Origin: Methanotrichaceae archaeon
GTDB lineage: Archaea > Halobacteriota > Methanosarcinia > Methanotrichales > Methanotrichaceae
Assembly (NCBI GenBank): GCA_963803145.1
Contig: CAWDLW010000016.1
Location: 78,239-142,238, forward strand
DNA length: 64,000 nucleotides
Direction: 5' to 3'
The notes under the pieces were generated by a model. It saw nothing but the letters and a program-made list of their open reading frames with translations. It ran no database searches and was not told where the DNA came from. This document shows, in pieces, positions 40,453 through 50,312 of this stretch. The first letter of the stretch is position 1. Each line of letters opens with the position of its first letter. The translations under genes and the position numbers were made by a program.

Positions 40453-41223
40453 CATTCATGTTTTAATAGAGAGGATATCGGCTTAGCTCGCTATTTACAT
40501 TGCTATCATTTAACTCTAAAACTATACCTCGATTGGGCGATTCAGCCATCAAAGTATCGTTTGTAACTATGAGAGCCATTCCTGTGCCAATTGATGCTAA
40601 CAAAGCAATCAGAGTAAAATATACTATTGTATGCATTCCGCTCCGTCCTTTTATAATTACTCTAAAGACTTGATATATCAAATCATATTGAGCCTATGTT
40701 CTATGATAAGTTATTTACAGTGTAAAATATTTAAAACTGATGTATGCTAGAACTCTGATAATTATATACAGTATCTTTTCATAGCAATTGAGATCAAGAA
40801 AATTAATACCATTATGCCATTTATCAAGGATCATCAATGTAAGAATTTCTATGGCAAGAATCATTAGAATTATAAGCTCTGATATCTATATGCGCGCATA
40901 TCCACATGTATAATTATGTCGTTCCCATTTAATCCTCAAATATTATATAAGCGTACAAATGTTGATCATAGATTATCGATCAGAAAAGTGGTCCTATATG
41001 AATGGCACTAGATAGCGATAAGGGATTCAAATGAATGTCCAATTAAAGTAATTTCCAGTAAATATTGCAGTTACAATTAAAACATCCTTAACTACCGTAT
41101 TGATGACATTTTCTTAATCTAATTTCCATTTATTTTATTAAAGAGTTGGGCTAAATTAGTGTTTGTGTTTCGCTAAATTTCCTAGACCTTGCGAAACATT
41201 TGGGAAAGATAAGGAGGAATGCT

Positions 41224-42156
41224 ATGAAAACTCTTATAGAACTAGCCATAGGCTTCCTGCTGCTGGTGTCAGCGGCTGCAGCCACGGGAAACTGGAACTG
41301 CGAGAATGTTAATATTTATCAGGAGGCAATTGGAAACTGTATCACAGGCGATGTCAATTTAGCCCAGATAACAGATGCATCGTCGTTTGTCTTCGGCTCC
41401 AACAATGAAGTAGACCAGTGCATGAGCCTCAGCGCCGATGCTAACTGCCTGACAGGCGTTGGAGAACAGACTAACCTCATACAAAGAGGCGATCTGACCG
41501 GCAATGCAACAGGCTGCAACAACGATCTCGATCAGGGAATCGATTTCAGTGCCTACACCAACTGCCTGACGGATAGCAACATGACTCAGTGGGGCATGCA
41601 GGTTGGAGAGGCAATCGGTAGCTGTAACGAGTTTGATCAGTACGCTGCAGCCGATGCCTGTAATAACGCTCTGACAATGAGCGATCAGAAGCAGATATCA
41701 GACTTCAATGTATGCGCTACGGGCGACAACAACTATGTCGATCAGTGTCTCTACCAGGAAGCTTCGGATAACTGTTTGACAAGCTCAGCACTCTGGCAGC
41801 AGACCGCTAAGACAGCCGATATTCTTGGATGCGATAATAGTGTCTACCAGGATAACAACCTCCAGTTTGCAGATTATAACTGCCTGACAGGCTCAGTATT
41901 GAACCAGGTAATCTGCGAGAATGCTCAGGTAACTGGCAGCGGTAACGAGGTTGATCAGGGATCTTGTAACGCTATTGAGACTGATGCCAACTTCAACTGC
42001 ATGACCAATGCAGAAATGCTGCAGTCCATTAACAGCAATGCCGTCTTAGCTGGATGCAATAACTATGTTGATCATGAAATTTACTTCAACACAGATTGCA
42101 ACTCCCTAACAGGCGGAATGCTGACACAGATGTCCACAGTCAACAGCAACGATTAA
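41224..42156 (+). CDS. secreted Asn/Gln/Cys-rich tandem-repeat (beta-solenoid-like) protein
   Basis: Signal peptide plus seven repeats of 34-39 aa, consensus GxxNxVDQx8NCLTxxxLxQ. Confidence 0.85.
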   Translation: MKTLIELAIGFLLLVSAAAATGNWNCENVNIYQEAIGNCITGDVNLAQITDASSFVFGSNNEVDQCMSLSADANCLTGVGEQTNLIQRGDLTGNATGCNNDLDQGIDFSAYTNCLTDSNMTQWGMQVGEAIGSCNEFDQYAAADACNNALTMSDQKQISDFNVCATGDNNYVDQCLYQEASDNCLTSSALWQQTAKTADILGCDNSVYQDNNLQFADYNCLTGSVLNQVICENAQVTGSGNEVDQGSCNAIETDANFNCMTNAEMLQSINSNAVLAGCNNYVDHEIYFNTDCNSLTGGMLTQMSTVNSND

Positions 42157-42166
42157 ATCTGAAGCA

Positions 42167-42191
42167 AAAGGCGAGAGTTCCTCTTGCCTTT
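42167..42191 (+). terminator. hairpin after the repeat-protein gene
   Basis: AAAGGCGAGAG-TTC-CTCTTGCCTTT followed by a T-rich stretch. Confidence 0.55.
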
Positions 42192-42393
42192 GAAATTTTA
42201 TTGGATGGTACTAATATTGCTTGCCTCCCATCTCTCAAACCCAACTGGGCTGCGGACAGGAAGCCAGTATTCTCTGTAACAACCCTGCCGGTAGCCTGGT
42301 TGAATTTTTGTTTTTCGGAAATATATAATTTGATTTTATCGAAATTATCGTGAAACGCTAAGTTCATATATGCGCATATTAGAATCTGAATGA

Positions 42394-42756
42394 ATGAATC
42401 GGATGGAAGGATACATTGAGCTATTTAAAGCGCTTTCAGATGAGACACGCCTGAAACTAATAGTCTTGCTTTACAAGAGAGAGTTTTGCGTCTGTCAAAT
42501 CGAGGCTGCTTTGGGCATCTCTCAAACAAAAGCTTCTCGACACCTTGCTATTTTGAGACGTGCAGGATTGTTAAAAGCCAGGCGGAATGGTCTGTGGGTA
42601 TATTATACTCTTGATGTGCCGGATGACAAATTTGAAGCTGGCTTATTCGAAAATCTCTCCGATTCCTTGTCTACCGAGCTAATCTCTATGGTAGACCGAG
42701 CTAAAAAGAAAGTTTGTACAACTCAATTAGCCCCTTCATGCGGGGAAACTACATGA
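42394..42756 (+). CDS. arsR: ArsR/SmtB family regulator
   Basis: FKALSDETRL, EFCVCQI, SQTKASRHL. Confidence 0.9.
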   Translation: MNRMEGYIELFKALSDETRLKLIVLLYKREFCVCQIEAALGISQTKASRHLAILRRAGLLKARRNGLWVYYTLDVPDDKFEAGLFENLSDSLSTELISMVDRAKKKVCTTQLAPSCGETT

Positions 42757-44150
42757 TACGCTCAAAAATTCTCTTTATTATTATAGCCGTAGCTTTACTC
42801 GCCTTTACGGTTGCTGCAGTCCCAAATGCCAGTGCAGATGAATGCAAAAACTGTATCTCCTCCGAAGACGGGACTCAAATTGGATTGAATAACCCAGAAA
42901 CCGGATCTAACGCGGCTGAAGACAGCACTAACAATGTTCCTGAAAACAGTGCCGCTTTGAAGCAGCGCGGCAGCTTCACAGAGATGCTGGTGCCAATTTC
43001 AGGCATATCCAGCTCAGATATCATTCTGGATGTAAGCCCAAATGCTAGTGAGTATATTGAAGGCGCGATCTATATCCCATACACCAAATTCTATACAGAA
43101 GGAGGAGACCTAAGATCAGTATCAGAGATCTCCAAGGATCTTGGAGATGCAGGGATTGCTCATGATGACTCTGTTATAGTTTACGGCGAGTGCCTTCCTT
43201 GTGGTGGGGGTCCTTCAACTGCAACCTACGTTTACTGGGTGCTGAAGTACCTTGGCCATGATAAGGTAAAGGTGTTCGACGGTGGTATCAAGGATTGGAG
43301 AGCTGCCGGGCTTCCAACGGAGGCTGAACCGAAGACACTGCCAAAGACCAACTATATCCCTTCCATCAAGCCGAATCTTCTCGCCGCCTATGACTATGTT
43401 AAAAATGGCAATGCCCAGATAATAGATGCAAGAACACCTGAGGAGTATAATGTTAGCTCTATACCAGAGTCCATCAATATGCCTTATGATAAGGTTCTGA
43501 ATGGAAGCAAGATCAATGATAAGGTTGCCCTAACAGATCTGTTCATAGGATTGAACAAAGATAAGCCGGTAGTCGTTTACACCAATACGGGTGTCAAGGC
43601 ATCATTGCTCTGGTTTGCACTGGAGCTTGAAGGCTATGATGCAAGGATTTACTCGTGGGCAGACTGGTTTGCAAACCAGCCGAAGCTGGATATCAGCCTT
43701 AAGGATGCAAGTGCTGACCCCAATCCAGCAAATCCTGGAAATGCTGTCATGATCACTGCAACATTCGGCGAAGGTAATAGGACTAGTTTTGGCTCGAATG
43801 CTTCAGACAATGAGGCTGTGCCCCCCAACGAAGTGAAGCTTACAACCAAGGGATGTGCAAACTGTGGTTTCGGAGGCTTTCCCAAGCCTGACACATCGGG
43901 CGGAATAGCCAAGATTGGCGATACCTATCGAAAAGCATCGGATAATACGCTCAATTGCACTGCAACTATTACTAACTCCGCTGGCAAAGAGGTAGGCGAA
44001 GTTAAGATGCGTCAGGTTTCTGGAGATGAATACGCAGGTATCTGGACAGCCAGCGTCCCTGCAGGAGTTTATAGCATGAGTTTGGTCGCCTCGGCATCCG
44101 GTACATCCAAAACCTTCAGAGATGCGCTAGAGCTAAGGATAATCAATTAG
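42753..44150 (+). CDS. exported tandem-rhodanese protein with Ig-like C-terminal domain
   Basis: Signal peptide; two rhodanese domains (IEGAI, FDGG..DW, IIDART.EY); ATGA coupling to arsR. Confidence 0.85.
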   Translation: MIRSKILFIIIAVALLAFTVAAVPNASADECKNCISSEDGTQIGLNNPETGSNAAEDSTNNVPENSAALKQRGSFTEMLVPISGISSSDIILDVSPNASEYIEGAIYIPYTKFYTEGGDLRSVSEISKDLGDAGIAHDDSVIVYGECLPCGGGPSTATYVYWVLKYLGHDKVKVFDGGIKDWRAAGLPTEAEPKTLPKTNYIPSIKPNLLAAYDYVKNGNAQIIDARTPEEYNVSSIPESINMPYDKVLNGSKINDKVALTDLFIGLNKDKPVVVYTNTGVKASLLWFALELEGYDARIYSWADWFANQPKLDISLKDASADPNPANPGNAVMITATFGEGNRTSFGSNASDNEAVPPNEVKLTTKGCANCGFGGFPKPDTSGGIAKIGDTYRKASDNTLNCTATITNSAGKEVGEVKMRQVSGDEYAGIWTASVPAGVYSMSLVASASGTSKTFRDALELRIIN

Positions 44151-44207
44151 GGCCATGAGAACATCAAGTAATAAGAACATAGATAGATCAGAAGAGGGGA
44201 GTATACA

Positions 44208-45296
44208 ATGACGGATGGGATAAGCAAAGGTCTAGACTTCCTATCCAGATTTTTAACCGTATGGATCTTCGCAGCGATGATTTTAGGCATCGCAATAGGC
44301 TATTTTGCTCCAGGCATAACAAAATTCATACTGAGCCTTCAGGTCGGCACAACATCAATTCCCATAGCAATCGGCCTGATATTGATGATGTATCCGCCCC
44401 TTGCCAAGGTGAAGTACGAGGATCTGGGCACCGTTTTTGGAGATAAGAAGGTTCTAGCACTCTCCCTAACTCAAAATTGGATTGTTGGTCCACTGCTCAT
44501 GTTTGCTCTGGCAGTAATATTCCTGCGTGATTATCCCCATCTGATGTACGGCCTGATCCTGATTGGTCTTGCTCGATGCATTGCCATGGTCATAGTCTGG
44601 AATGAGCTTGCCTGTGGATGTACTGAGTACTGCGCTGGTTTAGTGGGGCTGAACTCAGTATTCCAGGTATTTCTGTATTCAGTCTACGCATACATATTCA
44701 TCACAATCTTGCCAGCCTGGCTTGGTGTGGCGGCTGGAACAGCCGTTAACGTCACAATAGCCCAGATAGCGGAGAGCGTCTTCATCTACCTGGGGATTCC
44801 ATTCCTTGCAGGAATTATCACCAGGTACACGCTGATAAGGGCAAAGGGCAAGGGCTGGTATGAGACACAATTCATTCCCAGGATCTCTCCGATCACGCTA
44901 ATTGCGCTGCTCTTCACAATCGTTGTGATGTTCTCCCTCAAAGGAGGGTACATCGTGGAGCTACCTCTGGACGTGGTAAGAGTTGCCATTCCTCTGATCA
45001 TCTATTTCCTGATCATGTTCTCTTCCAGCTTCTACATGTCATACAAGCTGGGAGTGAACTACGAGAATACGGCCGCACTATCATTCACCGCTGCCAGCAA
45101 CAACTTCGAGCTGGCGATAGCCGTGGCAGTGGCCGTTTTTGGCATCGCTTCACAGGAGGCATTTGCTGCTGTAATTGGACCTCTCATTGAGGTTCCAGTG
45201 CTCATCTCTCTTGTGAATGTTGCATTGAAGCTGAGGGATAGGTACTACCCCGGTGCACCTGAAAAGATATTTTGTGAAAAGGATGTAGGAAGGTGA
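44208..45296 (+). CDS. acr3: Acr3 arsenite efflux transporter
   Basis: [40 protein letters not shown]. Confidence 0.95.
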   Translation: MTDGISKGLDFLSRFLTVWIFAAMILGIAIGYFAPGITKFILSLQVGTTSIPIAIGLILMMYPPLAKVKYEDLGTVFGDKKVLALSLTQNWIVGPLLMFALAVIFLRDYPHLMYGLILIGLARCIAMVIVWNELACGCTEYCAGLVGLNSVFQVFLYSVYAYIFITILPAWLGVAAGTAVNVTIAQIAESVFIYLGIPFLAGIITRYTLIRAKGKGWYETQFIPRISPITLIALLFTIVVMFSLKGGYIVELPLDVVRVAIPLIIYFLIMFSSSFYMSYKLGVNYENTAALSFTAASNNFELAIAVAVAVFGIASQEAFAAVIGPLIEVPVLISLVNVALKLRDRYYPGAPEKIFCEKDVGR

Positions 45297-45301
45297 GATA
45301 A

Positions 45302-46099
45302 ATGGCAGGATCGCCCGCTAATGTAAAGCTCGTAAGCAATGCCATGGCCAATGTCACGAGAAGAAAGATCATGGTCATGCTTGTGGAAGGGGATAGGAAA
45401 CGTGAGGATATCGAAAAGGCTGCAGGAGCCTCCATGCTTGACTACCATTTGCAGATGCTGCAACAGGCTGGATTGGTCTCAATAAAGGACGAAATTGTAT
45501 CACTCACGGATTTCGGCAAAAACTTCATGGAATCAAAAACTGAAAAGCCCGCAGAGGCCAAATGGGATCTTGCAGGCACAAAGCCCATTGAGATCGCCGA
45601 GGTCAGGCAGCTTCTGCCCTGCATAGCAGACAAAACAAAGTTCAGAATAATCTCCAGAGTTGAGCCGCCGTTAGGCGGAGCTCTCAAGCTTCTGGAGCCA
45701 TTGTTTCCCAGGGCCAGATATTCCGAGAAGATAGGGGCGCTGATTATCCAGAGGGGAAATATCTTGATTACAGCCTATTCGACTGGAAATGTCACTATGA
45801 CCATGATCAGTAGCGAGGACGAGGCGAAACAGATTCTGGACGATCTGAAGAGAAAAATCAACGAAGCAATAGCCAAAGGCGTCACTCCTGTGCCCCGAGA
45901 GAAGATCAAGGTAGATCATACGGAGATCTACGAGTATCTGCCCAAGACCAACTGCAAGATCTGCGGAGATCAGAGCTGTTATACCTTTGCGATAAGGCTG
46001 ATGGGCAGGGAGACCACGCTGGACAAATGTACCCCATTGTTGGACCCCAAATATGCTACTAACCTCGAGCATCTGAGGGCATTGCTGGAGTACATCTGA
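45302..46099 (+). CDS. ArsR-type HTH fused to an (Fe-S)-binding domain
   Basis: N-terminal HTH (LDYHL..L), PCIAD, C-terminal LPKTNCKICG...C..FA...C.P. Confidence 0.8.
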   Translation: MAGSPANVKLVSNAMANVTRRKIMVMLVEGDRKREDIEKAAGASMLDYHLQMLQQAGLVSIKDEIVSLTDFGKNFMESKTEKPAEAKWDLAGTKPIEIAEVRQLLPCIADKTKFRIISRVEPPLGGALKLLEPLFPRARYSEKIGALIIQRGNILITAYSTGNVTMTMISSEDEAKQILDDLKRKINEAIAKGVTPVPREKIKVDHTEIYEYLPKTNCKICGDQSCYTFAIRLMGRETTLDKCTPLLDPKYATNLEHLRALLEYI

Positions 46100-46101
46100 A
46101 G

Positions 46102-46467
46102 ATGAAGACTATTACCATCATTCTCACGGATGGTCCGTATATCTCGGAATATGCAGAGATTGCCTGCAAGATCGCAAAGGCTGCTTTGAAGAAGTATAAT
46201 GTAAATATCTTCCTCTATCTGGATGGAGTGCACATTCCAAAGATTGGCCAGGAACCTGCGTTCTTCGCAGACATTGGGGCGCTTTTCCAGGAGCTAGCCA
46301 GTGAGGGGGCAAGGATCGAGGCATGCCCGAGATGTGCCAATGCACGCGGCTATCATGCGGCAGAAGGCATATGTGAAGACTATCTGCCAGGGATCAAGAT
46401 CACTAGCCTTTACAGTCTGGCGCAGATGCTTAAGGAGACCGACAAAGTGGTGGCTCTATCAAGATGA
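46102..46467 (+). CDS. DsrE/TusD-like sulfur relay protein
   Basis: GPY, FLYLDGV, ACPRCANARG (conserved Cys). Confidence 0.85.
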   Translation: MKTITIILTDGPYISEYAEIACKIAKAALKKYNVNIFLYLDGVHIPKIGQEPAFFADIGALFQELASEGARIEACPRCANARGYHAAEGICEDYLPGIKITSLYSLAQMLKETDKVVALSR

Positions 46468-46805
46468 GATCTATCTTCTATCTTTTGGATGTGGCACCTT
46501 ATGGCAGCGAAAAGGCATTTGGCTCGCTCAATGCTGCTGTAGTGAGCATCGGAATGGACATAGTTGTAGGTCTCTATGCCGATGGTGTCTACCTTGCTCT
46601 TGCAGGCCAGAACAGCAGAGCTTTGGGAGTTCCCAATCTCTCCGATATAATTTACGCGTATCCCGAGATCAATGTCTTAGCCCATGAGCCTTCGCTGGTA
46701 GAGCGAGGTCTTTTTGACCAGGGATTGATCGAGAGGGTGGAGCTCGTCGATGAGAATATGTTCTTGGAGGCGATCCTGGCATCGGATTCCATAATATTAT
46801 TGTGA
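46464..46805 (+). CDS. DsrF/TusC-like protein
   Basis: APYGSE, ADGVY.A..GQ, SLVERG. Confidence 0.8.
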   Translation: MRSIFYLLDVAPYGSEKAFGSLNAAVVSIGMDIVVGLYADGVYLALAGQNSRALGVPNLSDIIYAYPEINVLAHEPSLVERGLFDQGLIERVELVDENMFLEAILASDSIILL

Positions 46806-46815
46806 GGCATTAGAA

Positions 46816-47145
46816 ATGGATAGTGGCAGACTTCTCAATGAGTCTTATAGTCCCAAAATGGATGTTTTCCTCCTGACCAAGCCCCCGAAAAGCGATCGGG
46901 CCAGGATATGCCTGCAACTGATAGTGCGATCGGAAAATGCCGTTCTGTACCTTGCAGGAGACGGAGTTTATAATTTGTTAGATGAGGCATTCAAAGTCCT
47001 GCCAAGGGAGAGGTTCTTTGCCTGCAAGGAGGATCTGGAGGCAAGAGGCGTTCAACCTGGGGGGATATTGACCACATCGAGCGATTTCTATGAAATGCTG
47101 GTAGAGGATATAATGTCAGATGGAAATAGAATCTATACGTTTTAA
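46816..47145 (+). CDS. DsrH/TusB-like protein
   Basis: LYLAGDGVY, KEDLEARG. Confidence 0.85.
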   Translation: MDSGRLLNESYSPKMDVFLLTKPPKSDRARICLQLIVRSENAVLYLAGDGVYNLLDEAFKVLPRERFFACKEDLEARGVQPGGILTTSSDFYEMLVEDIMSDGNRIYTF

Positions 47146-47357
47146 CAAATGCAGGAGCAAAAAGCATTGATAGCAGAAGCGGTTCTTATTCTGTCACCAC
47201 GGCTAACTTAATTTTAAATTGAATCATACCTGCAAACAAAACAATTATAATTTATAATTTAGATAGATCGCGAAAAGATTATATAAGCTATCTCCCATGT
47301 CCTCAATGGTTGATGCCTTATGATAATGATCCAAGAAGACCACAGGTGAGGATTTAA

Positions 47358-47954
47358 ATGGATTATTTATTAATTGCATCATTGTGGATAGCATACTGTT
47401 TACTTCATAGCTTTTTAGTCAGCACCAGCTTTACAAATCAGCTGACTCGTTTATTGAAGAATTATTATGCCTTTTACAGGATTTTCTTTGTATCTTTTTC
47501 ATTGGCTCTACTTATTCCTTTAATTAGATATACCGATCAATTCGATAGTAATATAATTATAACTTATGGCCCACCTTGGAACATTGTACGATATATACTT
47601 CTTTTGGGTTCTTTATCCATGTTCTTCTGGGCTTTTTTCTTCGATTATGATTCTCTATCGTTTTTTGGCATTCGCCAAATACTAAACTTTGGGAAGGAGA
47701 AGAAAATAAATCCTTCCGAGGATTTGAAAAGGGATGGATTATTGGGAGTCGTAAGACATCCGATGTATTTTGCTTTAATAATTGCTTTATGGTGCACTAC
47801 ATTCACGATGACTGGTATAATGGTAAATACAATATTAACAGCTTATGTTATTATGGGAACAATTCTTGAAGAAAAGAAACTTGTGTTAGAATTCGGTGAT
47901 ACATACGTCAAATATCAACAGGAAGTGCCAATGTTGATTCCGTTTACTAAGTGA
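47358..47954 (+). CDS. membrane S/O-methyltransferase, ICMT/NnrU/MddA-like
   Basis: LHS, VRHPMY, EEKKL..FG..Y..Y...VPMLIP; AT-rich. Confidence 0.8.
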   Translation: MDYLLIASLWIAYCLLHSFLVSTSFTNQLTRLLKNYYAFYRIFFVSFSLALLIPLIRYTDQFDSNIIITYGPPWNIVRYILLLGSLSMFFWAFFFDYDSLSFFGIRQILNFGKEKKINPSEDLKRDGLLGVVRHPMYFALIIALWCTTFTMTGIMVNTILTAYVIMGTILEEKKLVLEFGDTYVKYQQEVPMLIPFTK

Positions 47955-48179
47955 AAGGTTATATAGCTCACATTTTGGTAGGAGACGGGATCAATAATTT
48001 GTTGGATAGGGCATTCGAAGCCCTGCTGACGAAGTGGTTTTGCCTGAAGAAGGATCTCGTAGGCAAATGATGAAAGAAATCCCATTCACAGAGGATCGCT
48101 CAAATATTATGCCGTGGGGATAGACGAATAATTGAAATCCTTTCATGCTCATCCTGCAGCCAATAAATGAGGATCTAAA

Positions 48180-49253
48180 ATGAAAGTCTTAGCTCTCAAT
48201 AGCAGTCTTCGCCAGGATGGCGAGAGCAGAACTGAGCTGATGCTGAGTCACCTGGTCAAAGGTATGCGTGAAGCCGGAGCCGAGGTCGAGGTTGTTAACC
48301 TTCGTGATAAGACGATCCACTATTGCATGGGCTGCTTCTCCTGCGATACCATAACGCCTGGGCAGTGCATCATCCAGGACGACATGACCCGGGAGCTCTA
48401 TCCCAAGTGGCTTGCCAGTGACCTTTGCATCTACGCGACTCCTCTCTTCCACTGGACCTTGAACGCCCCCATGAAGGCCTTCATAGAGCGCACATGGCCC
48501 GTGATGGAGCCCTTCTTTGTCCAGGCAGCCGATGGCAGATGGGTCCATCCCATACGCCACGAGCCCCCAAAGGCAGTTGTTTTGTCTGTAGCCGGTTTTG
48601 CCGAGAGCTGGATCTTTGAGTCCCTCTCTCATTACGCCAACTTCCTCTGGGGCAGAAGAGGGAAGCTGGTTGCTGAGATTTATCGTCCTGGTGCAATGTT
48701 CATGACCAGCCTTGGCCCTGAGAAGCTGGCCGATATCCTGGGAGCCACGGAGCAGGCAGGGCGAGAGCTGGTTCTAAATAACTGCGTTCTTCCTGAGACT
48801 TTAGCCCGCATACAGCAACCCCTTGCTGATCTGGATATCATTGCCAAGGCTGCAAATATGTTCTGGAGGACCTGCATAGATGAAGGGGTAAATCCCAAAG
48901 CCTTCGGCGAAAGGGTGAGGATCCCGCGTCCCCATTCCCTGGACGATTATCTGACCTTAATGCAGCTGGCCTTTTCAGCCAAAGGCGCCGGTGATACTAA
49001 CGCTGTGGTGCAATTCGAGTTCATGGGCGAGACTGGGATGACTGGGGGTGACTGCCACATCGTCATCGATAAAGGGACGATACGGACTGGCATGGGAAAA
49101 GCATCCCAACCGGACGTCGTAGTCAGGGCTCCTTTTGAGCTGTGGATGGATATAATCTCGGGAAAGGCTAATCCAGTGCAGATGTTCATGGATGGGAAGT
49201 GCAGCGCTGAGGGAGACTTATCCCTGCTAATGAAGATGAGCCAATGGTTCTGA
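48180..49253 (+). CDS. flavodoxin-like (iron-sulfur flavoprotein/FMN reductase) fused to SCP2 domain
   Basis: NSSLR...T, CMGCFSC...C, TPLF; C-terminal MFMDGK...EGD. Confidence 0.85.
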   Translation: MKVLALNSSLRQDGESRTELMLSHLVKGMREAGAEVEVVNLRDKTIHYCMGCFSCDTITPGQCIIQDDMTRELYPKWLASDLCIYATPLFHWTLNAPMKAFIERTWPVMEPFFVQAADGRWVHPIRHEPPKAVVLSVAGFAESWIFESLSHYANFLWGRRGKLVAEIYRPGAMFMTSLGPEKLADILGATEQAGRELVLNNCVLPETLARIQQPLADLDIIAKAANMFWRTCIDEGVNPKAFGERVRIPRPHSLDDYLTLMQLAFSAKGAGDTNAVVQFEFMGETGMTGGDCHIVIDKGTIRTGMGKASQPDVVVRAPFELWMDIISGKANPVQMFMDGKCSAEGDLSLLMKMSQWF

Positions 49254-49353
49254 TTATCACCTCTAATTCCTATTTCTTCCTTTGTTTTGTCCAAAACGTG
49301 ATACCCCGTAGCCTGCCGAGGATAGGACAAAGAGAATTGGTATCAAATCTTAG

Positions 49354-49410
49354 GCCCAACATGGTAATCAGTGGCGAATATAGCAAATCGTCGGGATCAT
49401 TTTGTTAGGG
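49354..49410 (-). other. attC-like site
   Basis: Minus strand CCCTAAC (contains the stop)...GTTGGGC, 57 bp; L boxes degenerate. Confidence 0.6.
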
Positions 49411-50205
49411 CTTAACTGCAGACGCCCTGTTCCAATAGAAATACGCCGAAGCATATGGATTCATCCTCAAGTTATCAAGTTCAGCAATTGCTGCTTGAAT
49501 AAGCGATTCCGAGACGCCAAATGATAGCAAATGTGCCTCAGCTCCTTTAATGATCTCTATAGAGTTCACTATCCATGGATCAAATGTAGGCATGTCATAA
49601 TGATGCACTTCAGGTCCAATCGATAAACTGATTGAGCGGAATCCGGCTTGTTTTAGAAGGCTGAATAGTTTCTTGCCGATCTCGGCATCTCCCCCAATAT
49701 GCGATTGCAGATCTGCAAACTTTCCCAGCATCAGAGAATATGAGGGGCAATCAGGGTACAGAGCGGTGATAAGAATGTTGTTTTCTTGAATAAAGAGCCT
49801 GCCCCTTGTCTTCAGGACCCGGAACATCTCCCTCAAAGCGGTTGCTGGATCTGTCACATGTTCTAAGACGTATCGGCAATAGACAATATCAAATGAGCAC
49901 TCCTTAATATTAAGCGATAATGCATCGCCTTTAAGGAACGTCAAGTATGGTGTTTTTGAAAAGCTCGCTCTGGCTTTCTCTATCTGTTCTGGAGCAATTT
50001 CTATGCCGGTTATGATGGCGCCGGGAAAGCGTGTGGCGACAGAGTTCGTGAGGATGCCCAGGCCAGACCCAACTTCCAGTACCGAGTCCCCAGGTTTGAT
50101 TTCCAGGAAGTCTAGGAACGATGCGTTGGTCAGGTCATTGAGCAATGACAGACGTGCTTGCTCTTCAGGGCATGTTCCATGTATGTATGTTGGTTTTTGC
50201 GTCAT
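49405..50205 (-). CDS. class I SAM-dependent methyltransferase (cassette)
   Basis: VLEVGSGLG, FDIVYCRYVLEH. Confidence 0.9.
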   Translation of the reverse strand: MTQKPTYIHGTCPEEQARLSLLNDLTNASFLDFLEIKPGDSVLEVGSGLGILTNSVATRFPGAIITGIEIAPEQIEKARASFSKTPYLTFLKGDALSLNIKECSFDIVYCRYVLEHVTDPATALREMFRVLKTRGRLFIQENNILITALYPDCPSYSLMLGKFADLQSHIGGDAEIGKKLFSLLKQAGFRSISLSIGPEVHHYDMPTFDPWIVNSIEIIKGAEAHLLSFGVSESLIQAAIAELDNLRMNPYASAYFYWNRASAVKP

Positions 50206-50245
50206 CTTTTCACTTTTGCCCTGATGCTAAGCTCAACTATCTGGC

Positions 50246-50312
50246 GGCCAACGAGATTGTGAACCTGAACACGTTATCTGTCGCCGTGATCAAGTATAGC
50301 GACTCGCTATGC
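50246..50312 (-). other. attC-like site
   Basis: GCATAGC (contains the stop)...ACTTGATCACG/CGTGTTCAGGT stem...GTTGGCC, 67 bp. Confidence 0.7.

Noticed and set aside
40463-40681. 72-aa minus-strand ORF with a hydrophobic stretch
   Set aside because: AT-rich region, weak start and no family evidence
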